A stretch of 64,000 nucleotides of DNA from a virus, in IMG/VR virus record IMGVR_UViG_3300010371_000036, positions 1-64,000 of that record; one strand, written 5' to 3'. Under the pieces are notes generated by a model. That model was given only the letters and a program-made list of their open reading frames with translations. It made no database searches and had not been told where the DNA came from. Numbering within the stretch: the first letter of the stretch is position 1; each line of letters opens with the position of its first letter. The translations under genes were made by a program, and so were the position numbers. This document shows positions 53,603-62,336 of this stretch, piece by piece.

Positions 53603-53890
53603 CTAACCCTGCTTTCTGAACGTGGAGACGAGGAGTTCGGGAGGGATCGAAGCGGCGAACGCGAAGCGCTGACTCGGGTCCTCGAAGCGCATCCCGAGGT
53701 GGTCGGCGACGGCGTCGATCATCGCGGCGGGGAGCGTCCAGACCATGCCGGGGCCGATCGTGCGGAGGGCGCCGCCGGCGTCGCGCTCGACGGCCTCGTA
53801 GGTAACGGTGACGCCGCCCCCCGGCTCGGGGACGGCGCCGACGCGCTGCCACCCGACCTGGGCGACGGGGGGCGGGTTCTCGGTCGGCAT
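53603..53890 (-). CDS. hypothetical protein
   Basis: GAGGAG SD. Confidence 0.55.
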   Translation of the reverse strand: MPTENPPPVAQVGWQRVGAVPEPGGGVTVTYEAVERDAGGALRTIGPGMVWTLPAAMIDAVADHLGMRFEDPSQRFAFAASIPPELLVSTFRKQG

Positions 53891-53964
53891 CGGTCAGGCT
53901 CTCCTCTTCGCGTCGGGGGTCTCGTCGCCCGTGACTTCGTCGTCTCCCGGCCAGTCCGGGACGC

Positions 53965-54159
53965 TCAGCCTTTTGGGAGACGGGCGTCCTCGTAGGCGTC
54001 GATCGCCTTCTTCGCGGCGGCGCGGGCCGCCTCGATCGCCTGCTCGCGCGTGAGCCCCGCGTGGTGCGCGTCGTAGAACGCGCGGGCCATGTCCATGACG
54101 GCGGGGAGCTCCTCGACGGCGAGCTCCTCGAGGTCACGGAGAACGGATTCGAGACTCAT
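53965..54159 (-). CDS. hypothetical protein (MSLESVL...)
   Basis: GGAGG SD; ATGA overlap. Confidence 0.6.
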   Translation of the reverse strand: MSLESVLRDLEELAVEELPAVMDMARAFYDAHHAGLTREQAIEAARAAAKKAIDAYEDARLPKG

Positions 54160-54452
54160 CGCGTACCTCCGGCGTCGGCGACCGTGACGGGACCCGCGTC
54201 CGTGAAGACGACGCCCCAATACCCGTTCCACGCCGCGGAGACCTTCGCGCGGCACTCGTCGACCTTCGCGCGCCCGGCGTCGGCGTACATGTCGACGCAG
54301 TGGGCCTCGTCGAGCGTCTCCTCGCCGATCTGGAGGTGGTCGAGGGGCGTCATCGGGTCCTGCTGCGGGCAGCCGGTGAGGAGCGCGCAGGCCGCGGCGC
54401 CCGCGCCGTTGACGAGGAGGATGAGTCCGAGCTCATATGCCCAGCGCCTCAC
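54156..54452 (-). CDS. putative lipoprotein (possible spanin component)
   Basis: Hydrophobic leader ending LLTGC. Confidence 0.55.
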   Translation of the reverse strand: MRRWAYELGLILLVNGAGAAACALLTGCPQQDPMTPLDHLQIGEETLDEAHCVDMYADAGRAKVDECRAKVSAAWNGYWGVVFTDAGPVTVADAGGTR

Positions 54453-55060
54453 GACTTCTCCTCGGTCTTCTCCTCCGCCTGCCGGATCGCGGGCTGGAGC
54501 TGCGTCATCGCGGCGCCGCCGATCGCGATCTCGAGGCCGACGAGCCACCCGGGCTGGTCGATGTGCAAGTACGCCGCGACGAGGGCGAGGGCGCCCGCGC
54601 CGAGCGCGAAGAGCATGGTCTGAACGTTGGGCTTCATCTTCCGTACCTCCACTTTGAATCGGTCGAGTTCGTGGCTCGAGTCGCGCGCCGTCCGGAACGC
54701 CGAGTCGGCGAGCTCCCCGAACCGCTCGAGCGCGTCGTTGGTCTGTCGGGTCCGGAGCTCGACGAGGTCGTGGAGCTCCCGGATGCTCTTGGCCTGCGCC
54801 TGCGCCGCCTTCGTGAGCTCCGCGACCGAGGAGGCGACGCTCCGGATCAGGGCGGCATGCTCCTTGTGCGCCCTCTCCGCGTCCTGCCGGTACCGGCCGA
54901 CCTCCCCCATCATCTCGCCGAGGGTCCCGTCGACCTCCTCGAAGCGCTTGCGGAAGTGCCGGCAGTCGTTGTGGACCTCCTCGAGCAGGACCCGAGAGGC
55001 GGGGAGTTCAACGGGCGTGATCCGGTCCCCGTCGCCGTTGCGGTACGATCCTTCGCTCAT
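54449..55060 (-). CDS. coiled-coil protein with two C-terminal TM helices (holin/spanin-like)
   Basis: Heptad region, then MLFALGAGALALVAAYL and WLVGLEIAIGGAAM. Confidence 0.6.
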   Translation of the reverse strand: MSEGSYRNGDGDRITPVELPASRVLLEEVHNDCRHFRKRFEEVDGTLGEMMGEVGRYRQDAERAHKEHAALIRSVASSVAELTKAAQAQAKSIRELHDLVELRTRQTNDALERFGELADSAFRTARDSSHELDRFKVEVRKMKPNVQTMLFALGAGALALVAAYLHIDQPGWLVGLEIAIGGAAMTQLQPAIRQAEEKTEEKS

Positions 55061-55780
55061 TCAGGCCACCGTGATCCCGAAGGTGCTTCCCGCGCCACGA
55101 GCGGCGAGGGAGATCTCCGCGCCAGAGAGGACGCGGTTCCAGACGAGGACCCAGTAGAAGTCCCCCTGCCAGTTCCCGCCGATCCCCTGCCCGATCTGGA
55201 AACCGGCCGTCCCGTCGTCGTTCGTCGCCGCCGTCCCCGACGTGAGGGTCTTCGAGACGTTGTCGATGTAGTACGGCGAGACCGACCCGGAGTGGTACGT
55301 CGCGAGGAGGACGTGGGGCGCCGTATCCCCGACGTACGACGCCGCGTTGTTGTAGCTCGCCTCGTCCGAGTCCGTGTGCCCGGCGTTGTCGTACCGGAGC
55401 GCCCACGACGGAGCGACCGATCGGAACCGGACGATGTCGCCGGTCGTCACGCTCGCGATGTTCGACGTCTGCATGACGACGAGCACCGTCCGGTCGCCGG
55501 CGACGGCGACGGGCGACGTTGAAGCGATGAGCCCCTTACCGGCCGCGATGGTGATCTTCGGCCGGCCCCCGAGCCCGCCGTTCGCCGAGTAGACCGGCGA
55601 GACGCTCGAGGGCGTGAGGACCCGCCCCCCGACGCGGTCGACGAGCTGCGTGACCGCGTTCCCGGGCGCCGTCACCCCCGAGGCGCTGTCGGCCCAGAGG
55701 GCGAGACCGGAGATCGAGCTCGGGTCGAAGTCCGACGAGGATGCGCTCCCGAGCGAGAGGTCGAGATTCGTCTCTGACAT
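55061..55780 (-). CDS. LamG/ConA-like virion protein
   Basis: ISGLALWADS...WQGDFYWVLVWNRVLSGAE. Confidence 0.75.
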   Translation of the reverse strand: MSETNLDLSLGSASSSDFDPSSISGLALWADSASGVTAPGNAVTQLVDRVGGRVLTPSSVSPVYSANGGLGGRPKITIAAGKGLIASTSPVAVAGDRTVLVVMQTSNIASVTTGDIVRFRSVAPSWALRYDNAGHTDSDEASYNNAASYVGDTAPHVLLATYHSGSVSPYYIDNVSKTLTSGTAATNDDGTAGFQIGQGIGGNWQGDFYWVLVWNRVLSGAEISLAARGAGSTFGITVA

Positions 55781-55802
55781 CGATTCGTCTCCCGGGCGGG
55801 GA

Positions 55803-58800
55803 TCAGAAGTTCGCGGTGAGGTACGCCATCATCTGCGTATCCTCCGTTCCGGAGACGGGCGTCGTCGACTCGTCGACGACGCACATGAAGTACAGCTTCC
55901 CCTCGAAGACCGCGCCGCCGACGTTCGTGAAGATCCGGTAGCCGGTCCCGCCACTGTCGGTCGAGAGCGCGCTCGGCGTCGGCCCGGTGACCGTCTGCGC
56001 GACGCCGTCGACCGAGACGGTGCACGCGGCGAGCCCCGTCGTGAAGCTGAACTTGTAGATGTGTTTGCCCGAGGTGGGCATCGTCGTCGACTGGAACGAG
56101 TGCCCGCCGCCGTCGCCCGCGACGACGTTGCCCGCCGCGTGCGCGTAGAGCGAGAGCTCCGGGTTCGAGGTCCGGAAGTCGAGGAGGACCGCGTTGGTAC
56201 CGCCGGTGAGCTCCGCGACGATGTACACAGTCCGCGCGGCCCCGGCGGCGACGAGGTTCGCCGCGACGTTCGCGAGGAACTTCCCCTGGCCCGTCGGGTT
56301 CTGGATGTAGGGGCGGTTCTTGACGCCGCCGTTCGCGAAGTAGAGCGGCGCCGAGCCGAGCCCCTGCGTCGCGTCGTGGCCGTTCCCGGACTGGTCCGCG
56401 AGGGTCGCGATCTTCGTCGAGTCGGTCGGCTGGAGCGTCACGCCGAAGCGCGTGTCGAGGAGCAGAGGCATCCTCGTCTTCTTGAAGATCGACTTCGGGT
56501 CGGCGAGGACCGTCGTCGCCGAGGTCGAGATCTCGTACCAGCCGACGCCGTCCGACTCGATGACGCAGGTCTTCCCCGCCGGGACGGTGACGCCGTACCC
56601 GTTGGTGTTGAGCCACGTCGAGGCCCAGATCGCGGGGCTCGTCACGGTCAGCTGAATCCCGGCGACCGCGTACGGGAGAATGAAGTTATGCGGTCCGGTC
56701 CAATTGCCCGGGTCGTAGCCGATGAGGTGCCCGTAGAAGGAGTCGTTCGGCGCGATCGTGACGTCGGCGTCGGCCGTCGTCGTGATGATCTGGCGCGTGA
56801 GCATGTGCGACTCGTGGACGAGCGGCCCCGCGTTCGCCGGGTCGAGCCACGGGACCTCGGGCGAGAGGTCGAACTGCCAGCCATCGAACCGGATCGGCGC
56901 CGTCTGATTCGTGATCGCGAAGATGCCGGGCGAGGAGGGCGAGCCCCCGAAGTTGTTCGGCGCGAAGCGCCCGGAGACGATGTTGTTGATCTTTACCGCC
57001 GGCGCCGTGAGGAGGTTCACCGCCATGTCGCAGTCGCGCATGTCGACGTTGCCGACGGTATCGAACTCGAAGATGGCGCTCGCGATCGACGGGTTGAAGG
57101 AGCCCTCGTCCGAGGGGCTCCAGCTCCGGATCCGGAGATCGTTGGTGCGCCCATCGGCGCCGAGGATCGCGAGGAAGACGTTCTGGACGCTCCGGTTCCC
57201 GTCCATCCCGCCGCAGAACGCGCCCTCGAAGACGCCGCCGGCGCACGTCGCGACCTGGTAGAGCGGCGAGTTGAGGAAGTTGAACTTCTCGAAGTAGGAG
57301 CGGCCACCGTTGGCCATGACGCCGATGCTCCACGAGTTGCCGGAGAGCCCGGAGCCCGTCGAGACGGTGATCGCGTTGAACCGGTTCTCGTACGAGAACT
57401 CCGAGAGCGTGACCCCGCGCTGCCCGCCGTTGAAGTACAAGTCGTGGAAGCTGCTGTCGACCGTCTGGTCGACCTCGAGCGCGGTGTCCTGGCAGAAGAG
57501 GGTCAGGTGCCCGATCTCGACGTTCGCGAGGTTCCCGAGCGAGACGTTGAGGATCTTGATCCAGACGGGCGACCCGGTCGTGAAGCGACCGAACCCGGGG
57601 ATCGCGCACCACCCGGCCATCCCCACGAGGAACCGGTTATGGAAGTCCGACCGGTACGCGCCCGACGGCGCGGGCGAGGACTTCGGCGCGTACGACCAGA
57701 CGCCCGAGGAGTTCCCGTCGCAGCTCGGCTCGACGGTCGGCGGCGTGAACGACGCGGTGTAGACGGCCGCCTTCCCGACCTTGAAGCCCCCCGCGTAGTA
57801 GATGCCCGGCGACGCGGTGCAGGGCCGGAGAATAAAGGCGCGGAGGAACCGCCCGTAGAGCGCGCCGATCGTCGTGTGCTCGTAGGTCCGCTGGCGGATG
57901 ACGCCCGCGCCGATGGCGCTCGACGCCGTCGTCGTCCCGGCGACCGAGACGTAGAGCGTCCCGGTCGTCCCGTCGAAGTCGACCGAGACGTGCGTCCCGA
58001 GAGCGCTCGGCGACGCGCTGTTCGGGACCGTATTGCTCGAGGTGACCGAGACGGTCCCGGCGCTCGTCGCGATCGAGGCGGTGATCTTCTGGCTCGAGTC
58101 GATGGAGACCCAGACCGTCTGCGTCGACCCGGTCCGCGGGAGCCCGCCGCCGACGCCGAAGAGCGTCCAGATCTGCCCCCCGGGGACGGCCGCCGGGAGC
58201 TGGAAGAACTGCTCGTAGTGAAACTGTAGGAGCCCGAACGCCGTGACGCTGATGCTCGGCGACGGCCCCTCGTTGACGATCCCCGACGCGAACGTGAGGA
58301 CCAGCGCCGAGACCGCGGTGAGGCGCCCGACGACGCCGTCGTTCGACGCGCTCCCGTGAACGAACACCGTCTGCCCGACGACGAACCCGTCGGAGACGAA
58401 GGACCCGACGTTCCGGGTGATCGTGTGACCCGCCGCCGCGAACGTGAGGTTCGGCGTCCCCGACATCGCGAACGTGCGGTCGAGGAAGCACGTGTCGACC
58501 CCGGTGATGTCGTAGTTCGTCCCGCCCTGGACCGCGTCGAATTGGCCGTACCAGACGGAGCCGCGCTGCGCGTACGTCCGGTCGGGCGAGAGCTGGGGGG
58601 CCGTCGTGACGACCGGGAAGAGGCCGTCGGCCGAGAGGTTCGCCGGCCCGATAGTACACGCGTTGCCGCCCGTCCCGGGCGTCCCGGCGCCGTAGGGCCC
58701 GAGGAGCTTGGTCCCCGGGTTCCGGATACAGAGCGGGCCGTCGGTCCGGTACCAGGTGTTGTTCCGGTCGAACTTCGGGCGCACCTCCGGCGGCTGCCCG

Positions 58801-59729
58801 CCGATCCCCGCGATCTCGAGCATCGCCTGGATCGCGGCGCGCGAGAGCGTCGTCCCGTTCCCGACGGCGCCGGTCTCCCACGGGTCGAGGTGCGTCGGCG
58901 ACTGGGTCTCCCAGCCCCGGGAGATCACCTGCCAGCGGCTGTTCACCGTGTCGTAGCGGAGGACGCAGCGCCCGGTCGTCGGCTTGAGGACGACGTTCCC
59001 GCCGTTCCCGCTCCCGGTCGCGATCTGGTTCGCCGCCGTCGAGACCGACGTCGACTGGTCGACGAGCGTCATCTGGAACGCCGTCGTGTTGATGATGACG
59101 AGGTCGAGCCCAGCCTTCGCGCTCGCCGTCGTCGCGATCCCGTCGATCGAGAACGCCGCCGTCGGGCCGCCGACGAGGAGCGTCGAGAGCCCCGTCGTCG
59201 AGACGTTGGAGTTCAGGCCGTTCGAGAGGCTGATGTTCGAGAGCCCCTGATTCCCGCCCCCTCCCCCGCCGGTCCCGATGGCGCGGGTCGTCGCGTTCGC
59301 CTGAACCGTCCAGCCGGCGACCGGGTCCTGCTCGGTGACCTCGTTCGCGGCGATCACCGCCAGGCCCTGCGCCGTGAGGACGTTGACCTTGAAGGTCTCG
59401 GTCCACTCCGGGACGACGACGCCGTTCGCGTCCCGGCCGGAGCCGAGGACGCTCTGGTCGGAGACCCCGACGGTCACCATGAAGATGATGCACTTGCCGA
59501 GCCCCGCGAGCGTCGCGAAGGAGAAGGTCTTGTTCGTCTGATTCACCGAGAGCGACGCGTTGATCGTCGCCAGGTCGGCGACGCTCGTCGAGTCGTCGGC
59601 GGAGACGGCGCGGATCGCGAAGAACGCGGCCCCGGCCGGGTTCGCGAGGGCGCCGTTCACCGTCGCGCTCTGGGTGACGACCGCCGGCGTCGGGCCGCCG
59701 TTGATGGTGCAGGTGGGGGAGAGGCTCAT
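55803..59729 (-). CDS. large tail fibre/spike (beta-helix-like and LamG-like domains)
   Basis: ATG 59729; GAVGNGTT...AAIQA (pectate-lyase-3-like cap); C-terminal LADQSGNGHDATQ. Confidence 0.8.
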   Translation of the reverse strand: MSLSPTCTINGGPTPAVVTQSATVNGALANPAGAAFFAIRAVSADDSTSVADLATINASLSVNQTNKTFSFATLAGLGKCIIFMVTVGVSDQSVLGSGRDANGVVVPEWTETFKVNVLTAQGLAVIAANEVTEQDPVAGWTVQANATTRAIGTGGGGGGNQGLSNISLSNGLNSNVSTTGLSTLLVGGPTAAFSIDGIATTASAKAGLDLVIINTTAFQMTLVDQSTSVSTAANQIATGSGNGGNVVLKPTTGRCVLRYDTVNSRWQVISRGWETQSPTHLDPWETGAVGNGTTLSRAAIQAMLEIAGIGGQPPEVRPKFDRNNTWYRTDGPLCIRNPGTKLLGPYGAGTPGTGGNACTIGPANLSADGLFPVVTTAPQLSPDRTYAQRGSVWYGQFDAVQGGTNYDITGVDTCFLDRTFAMSGTPNLTFAAAGHTITRNVGSFVSDGFVVGQTVFVHGSASNDGVVGRLTAVSALVLTFASGIVNEGPSPSISVTAFGLLQFHYEQFFQLPAAVPGGQIWTLFGVGGGLPRTGSTQTVWVSIDSSQKITASIATSAGTVSVTSSNTVPNSASPSALGTHVSVDFDGTTGTLYVSVAGTTTASSAIGAGVIRQRTYEHTTIGALYGRFLRAFILRPCTASPGIYYAGGFKVGKAAVYTASFTPPTVEPSCDGNSSGVWSYAPKSSPAPSGAYRSDFHNRFLVGMAGWCAIPGFGRFTTGSPVWIKILNVSLGNLANVEIGHLTLFCQDTALEVDQTVDSSFHDLYFNGGQRGVTLSEFSYENRFNAITVSTGSGLSGNSWSIGVMANGGRSYFEKFNFLNSPLYQVATCAGGVFEGAFCGGMDGNRSVQNVFLAILGADGRTNDLRIRSWSPSDEGSFNPSIASAIFEFDTVGNVDMRDCDMAVNLLTAPAVKINNIVSGRFAPNNFGGSPSSPGIFAITNQTAPIRFDGWQFDLSPEVPWLDPANAGPLVHESHMLTRQIITTTADADVTIAPNDSFYGHLIGYDPGNWTGPHNFILPYAVAGIQLTVTSPAIWASTWLNTNGYGVTVPAGKTCVIESDGVGWYEISTSATTVLADPKSIFKKTRMPLLLDTRFGVTLQPTDSTKIATLADQSGNGHDATQGLGSAPLYFANGGVKNRPYIQNPTGQGKFLANVAANLVAAGAARTVYIVAELTGGTNAVLLDFRTSNPELSLYAHAAGNVVAGDGGGHSFQSTTMPTSGKHIYKFSFTTGLAACTVSVDGVAQTVTGPTPSALSTDSGGTGYRIFTNVGGAVFEGKLYFMCVVDESTTPVSGTEDTQMMAYLTANF

Positions 59730-59759
59730 GGGCTCCGCGTCTTCGAGGGGGAGGGCGCG

Positions 59760-59779
59760 GACGGAACCCGGGTTCCGTC
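59760..59779. repeat. 20-bp palindrome copy 15, intergenic in the tail region
   Basis: GACGGAACCCGGGTTCCGTC. Confidence 0.97.
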
Positions 59780-59790
59780 CGGCGGGGACG

Positions 59791-60804
59791 TCACTGGAAG
59801 CGCATGTCCGGGACCGAGTAGCTCGGCACGGCCGCGAAGTACTTGTTCCCCGAGACCGAGTTCGCCCCGTTCTCGTCAATCAGCTGGAGCATGTAGACGT
59901 AGGCGCTCGTGTCGACGACGTTGTTCTGATTGCACGTGTACGTCATCGTCTGGAGCTGCCCGGACGCGTTCCACACCGTGACGTTCGCCGGCGTCGGGCT
60001 CTGGAACGCCGCGCTCGAGAGGGTCTGGACCCCCGAGACGTAGTCGGTCCCCGCCGCGATCGGGAGCCGCTGGATCCGGACCTTCGGGAGGACCGCCGGG
60101 AGCGCGACGTGCGTCGCCGTGAGGAAGACGATGTCGAGCGAGTTGAGCGTCGCCCCGTTGTGGAGAAACGGGAGCATGAAGTTCTGCTGCGTCGTCGTCG
60201 CCGACGCCGAGAGGTAGTAGGTCCCGATCTGCCAGTCCGGACTCGAGTCCACGGTGCCGAGGATCGGGAGCGGGTAGGCGACCGCCCGCGTCCGCGGCGC
60301 GTCGAAGCCGACCCAGTCGGTCGTCCCGCCCGTCAGCCGGAAGCCGCCCGGCGCCCCGCTCGTGATCCCCCCGGCGACGCCGGCCGTGATCCCCCCGACG
60401 ATCGAGGAGCGGATCCCCGCGGCGACCGTCGGCGCGATCCCCCCGGCGATGTCCGACCCGATCCCACCGGCGACGCCCGGGGAGATCCCGAGCGCGAGCG
60501 CCGCCTTGATCCCCCCGCCGACCCCGGAGAGGATCCCCCCGGTGACCGTCGGGCGGATCCCGTTCGAGATGTTCGACTCGATCCCCGCCGCCGCGTTGAC
60601 CTCGACGGCGCCGCTCGTGTTGACGCGGATGACGTTCGTCGCGTTGAGGAGCAGGTGCCCGCCCGAGAAGCTCGCCTCCCCCTCGAACGCGTCGCCGGCG
60701 GCGCTCTTGTCGAACGCGTTCGCGTGGTCGGCGTCGAGCTGATTGAACTGCGCGCTCGAGACCTTCGCCCCGAAGGAGAAGGGACCGATGAGAGAGAAGC
60801 TCAT
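59791..60804 (-). CDS. tail-associated protein with 8-residue Gly-Ile repeats
   Basis: SAQFNQLD N-terminus; (GIxxxxxG)n. Confidence 0.7.
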   Translation of the reverse strand: MSFSLIGPFSFGAKVSSAQFNQLDADHANAFDKSAAGDAFEGEASFSGGHLLLNATNVIRVNTSGAVEVNAAAGIESNISNGIRPTVTGGILSGVGGGIKAALALGISPGVAGGIGSDIAGGIAPTVAAGIRSSIVGGITAGVAGGITSGAPGGFRLTGGTTDWVGFDAPRTRAVAYPLPILGTVDSSPDWQIGTYYLSASATTTQQNFMLPFLHNGATLNSLDIVFLTATHVALPAVLPKVRIQRLPIAAGTDYVSGVQTLSSAAFQSPTPANVTVWNASGQLQTMTYTCNQNNVVDTSAYVYMLQLIDENGANSVSGNKYFAAVPSYSVPDMRFQ

Positions 60805-60811
60805 GGCGTGG

Positions 60812-61792
60812 TCACCCGTCGAAGATCTCGAGGTCCAGGTTCGGTTCGTCGAGGTACCAGCCCGGCCCCCCGTGCGAGCTCGCGACGTACCAGTCGAAGG
60901 TGGCGTCGGCCGGCAGCAGCCAGTCGAGGATCGAGTTCATCTCCGCGACGGCGCGGAAGAACGCGCCGGTAAGGACCCCGCTCGCGTCCGCGTAGCCGGG
61001 GACCGCGAACGGGTCGACCTGGACGAGCACGTGTGCGAGCGTCGAGGTCCACGGCCGGACGGCGTTTACGAGGCTCCACTGAACCGTCGGGAAGAACGCC
61101 GTCCCGCCGACGCCGTAGTCGGGCGCCGAGGGAGCGCCGTTGTTCACGTAGACGACGCTCGTCGCGCTGACCCGCGACTGGATGGGGAACGTCCCGTCGT
61201 TCGCCGGGTCGTTCGCGTTCGCGACGACGATCGTCTTCCCCGCCGCGTCGCTCGGGACGGCGGCGAGCCCGGTAATGGTGACGAGGTTCCCCGCGACGCT
61301 CGCGATCGTCGCGGCGGCGCCGGCGAGCCCGGGCCACCAGGTGTTCGCCTCCGTCGGGGTGATCAGCGTCAGCCCGACGAAGAGGGCGCCGAGGACGTCC
61401 GAGAGCGCGTCGGTGACGCCCTGGGGCGTGTTCCGCGCCGCGAACTTCGCCGCCGCCCGCGCGACCCGCTGCTGCCGGTCCACCTGCGTGTCCCCCGGGA
61501 CGGGCGAGACGCCGAAGATCCGCTCCCAGCGCGGGAGGTTCCCCCCGACCGTCGAGAGGGCGGGGACCATCTCGTTGACGAACCGCTCGTTCGCGCCGTA
61601 GACGTCGGCGTCGATCGCGCGGGCGTACGCCATGTTCTCGGCGCCGACGAGCGAGTTGTCGGTCGGGTCGAACGCCGGGCCGCGGCGGGCCGCGATCGAC
61701 TCGAAGATCCGCTGGAGCCGCGGCGCCGCGCTCCCGGCGTCCCCGCCCCCGGTCCGCTCCGGCGACGGGGAGTAGCCTCCGGTGAAGGGCAT
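60812..61792 (-). CDS. baseplate wedge protein (YmfQ/gp48-like)
   Basis: LPRWERIFGV...RQQRV; ends LLPADATF; downstream of baseplate J. Confidence 0.7.
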   Translation of the reverse strand: MPFTGGYSPSPERTGGGDAGSAAPRLQRIFESIAARRGPAFDPTDNSLVGAENMAYARAIDADVYGANERFVNEMVPALSTVGGNLPRWERIFGVSPVPGDTQVDRQQRVARAAAKFAARNTPQGVTDALSDVLGALFVGLTLITPTEANTWWPGLAGAAATIASVAGNLVTITGLAAVPSDAAGKTIVVANANDPANDGTFPIQSRVSATSVVYVNNGAPSAPDYGVGGTAFFPTVQWSLVNAVRPWTSTLAHVLVQVDPFAVPGYADASGVLTGAFFRAVAEMNSILDWLLPADATFDWYVASSHGGPGWYLDEPNLDLEIFDG

Positions 61793-61796
61793 CGGC

Positions 61797-62318
61797 CTAG
61801 AAGCTCCAGACCCCGATGACGGTCCCGTCGTTCGGGTCGACGTGCGACGAGGTCCCGACCGTGAAGGTCTCGACCGTCAGGACGTTCGGCGCCGTCACCT
61901 TGACGCGTACGTCGTAGTTCGTCGACGCGCCGAGCTCGAGGTTCGCGCTCGGCATGCGGAAGTTCACGGCGAAGCCCGCCGGCGTCGAGCCCTGAGCGCC
62001 CGGGGGGATCTCGTCGTAGACCGTCGCCGGCGCCGTGACGGTATAGGTCCCGACGCCGGTCCGGGCGCACGAGGGGACGGCGTTGTTCTTGTTGTTCCAG
62101 GTCGCGTCGTACGCGTTCGCGACCGGGACCGTGACGGGGCTCGTCCCGTGCGGCTGAAAGCGCGCCCAGAAGCGCGCCGCCGTGTGGGTCATGGCGGCGA
62201 CGTCGGCGTACGCCGGGTTCGTCCCGTCGGCGGAGCGGTCGGTCGTCGTGTCGCGCGGCGCGGAGTAGTCCGCGAGCGCGCCGCCGTACGTGGCGAGGGT
62301 GGCGACTTTCGGGAGCAT
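61797..62318 (-). CDS. baseplate-region hypothetical protein
   Basis: Clean ORF between baseplate genes. Confidence 0.65.
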   Translation of the reverse strand: MLPKVATLATYGGALADYSAPRDTTTDRSADGTNPAYADVAAMTHTAARFWARFQPHGTSPVTVPVANAYDATWNNKNNAVPSCARTGVGTYTVTAPATVYDEIPPGAQGSTPAGFAVNFRMPSANLELGASTNYDVRVKVTAPNVLTVETFTVGTSSHVDPNDGTVIGVWSF

Positions 62319-62336
62319 CGGAGGGGGGCCCGACCT

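Noticed and set aside
39-59779. Palindrome copies as a CRISPR array or as MITE/IS ends
   Set aside because: Copies are 0.5-12 kb apart with no regular spacers, no cas or transposase gene is visible, and I see no target-site duplications.
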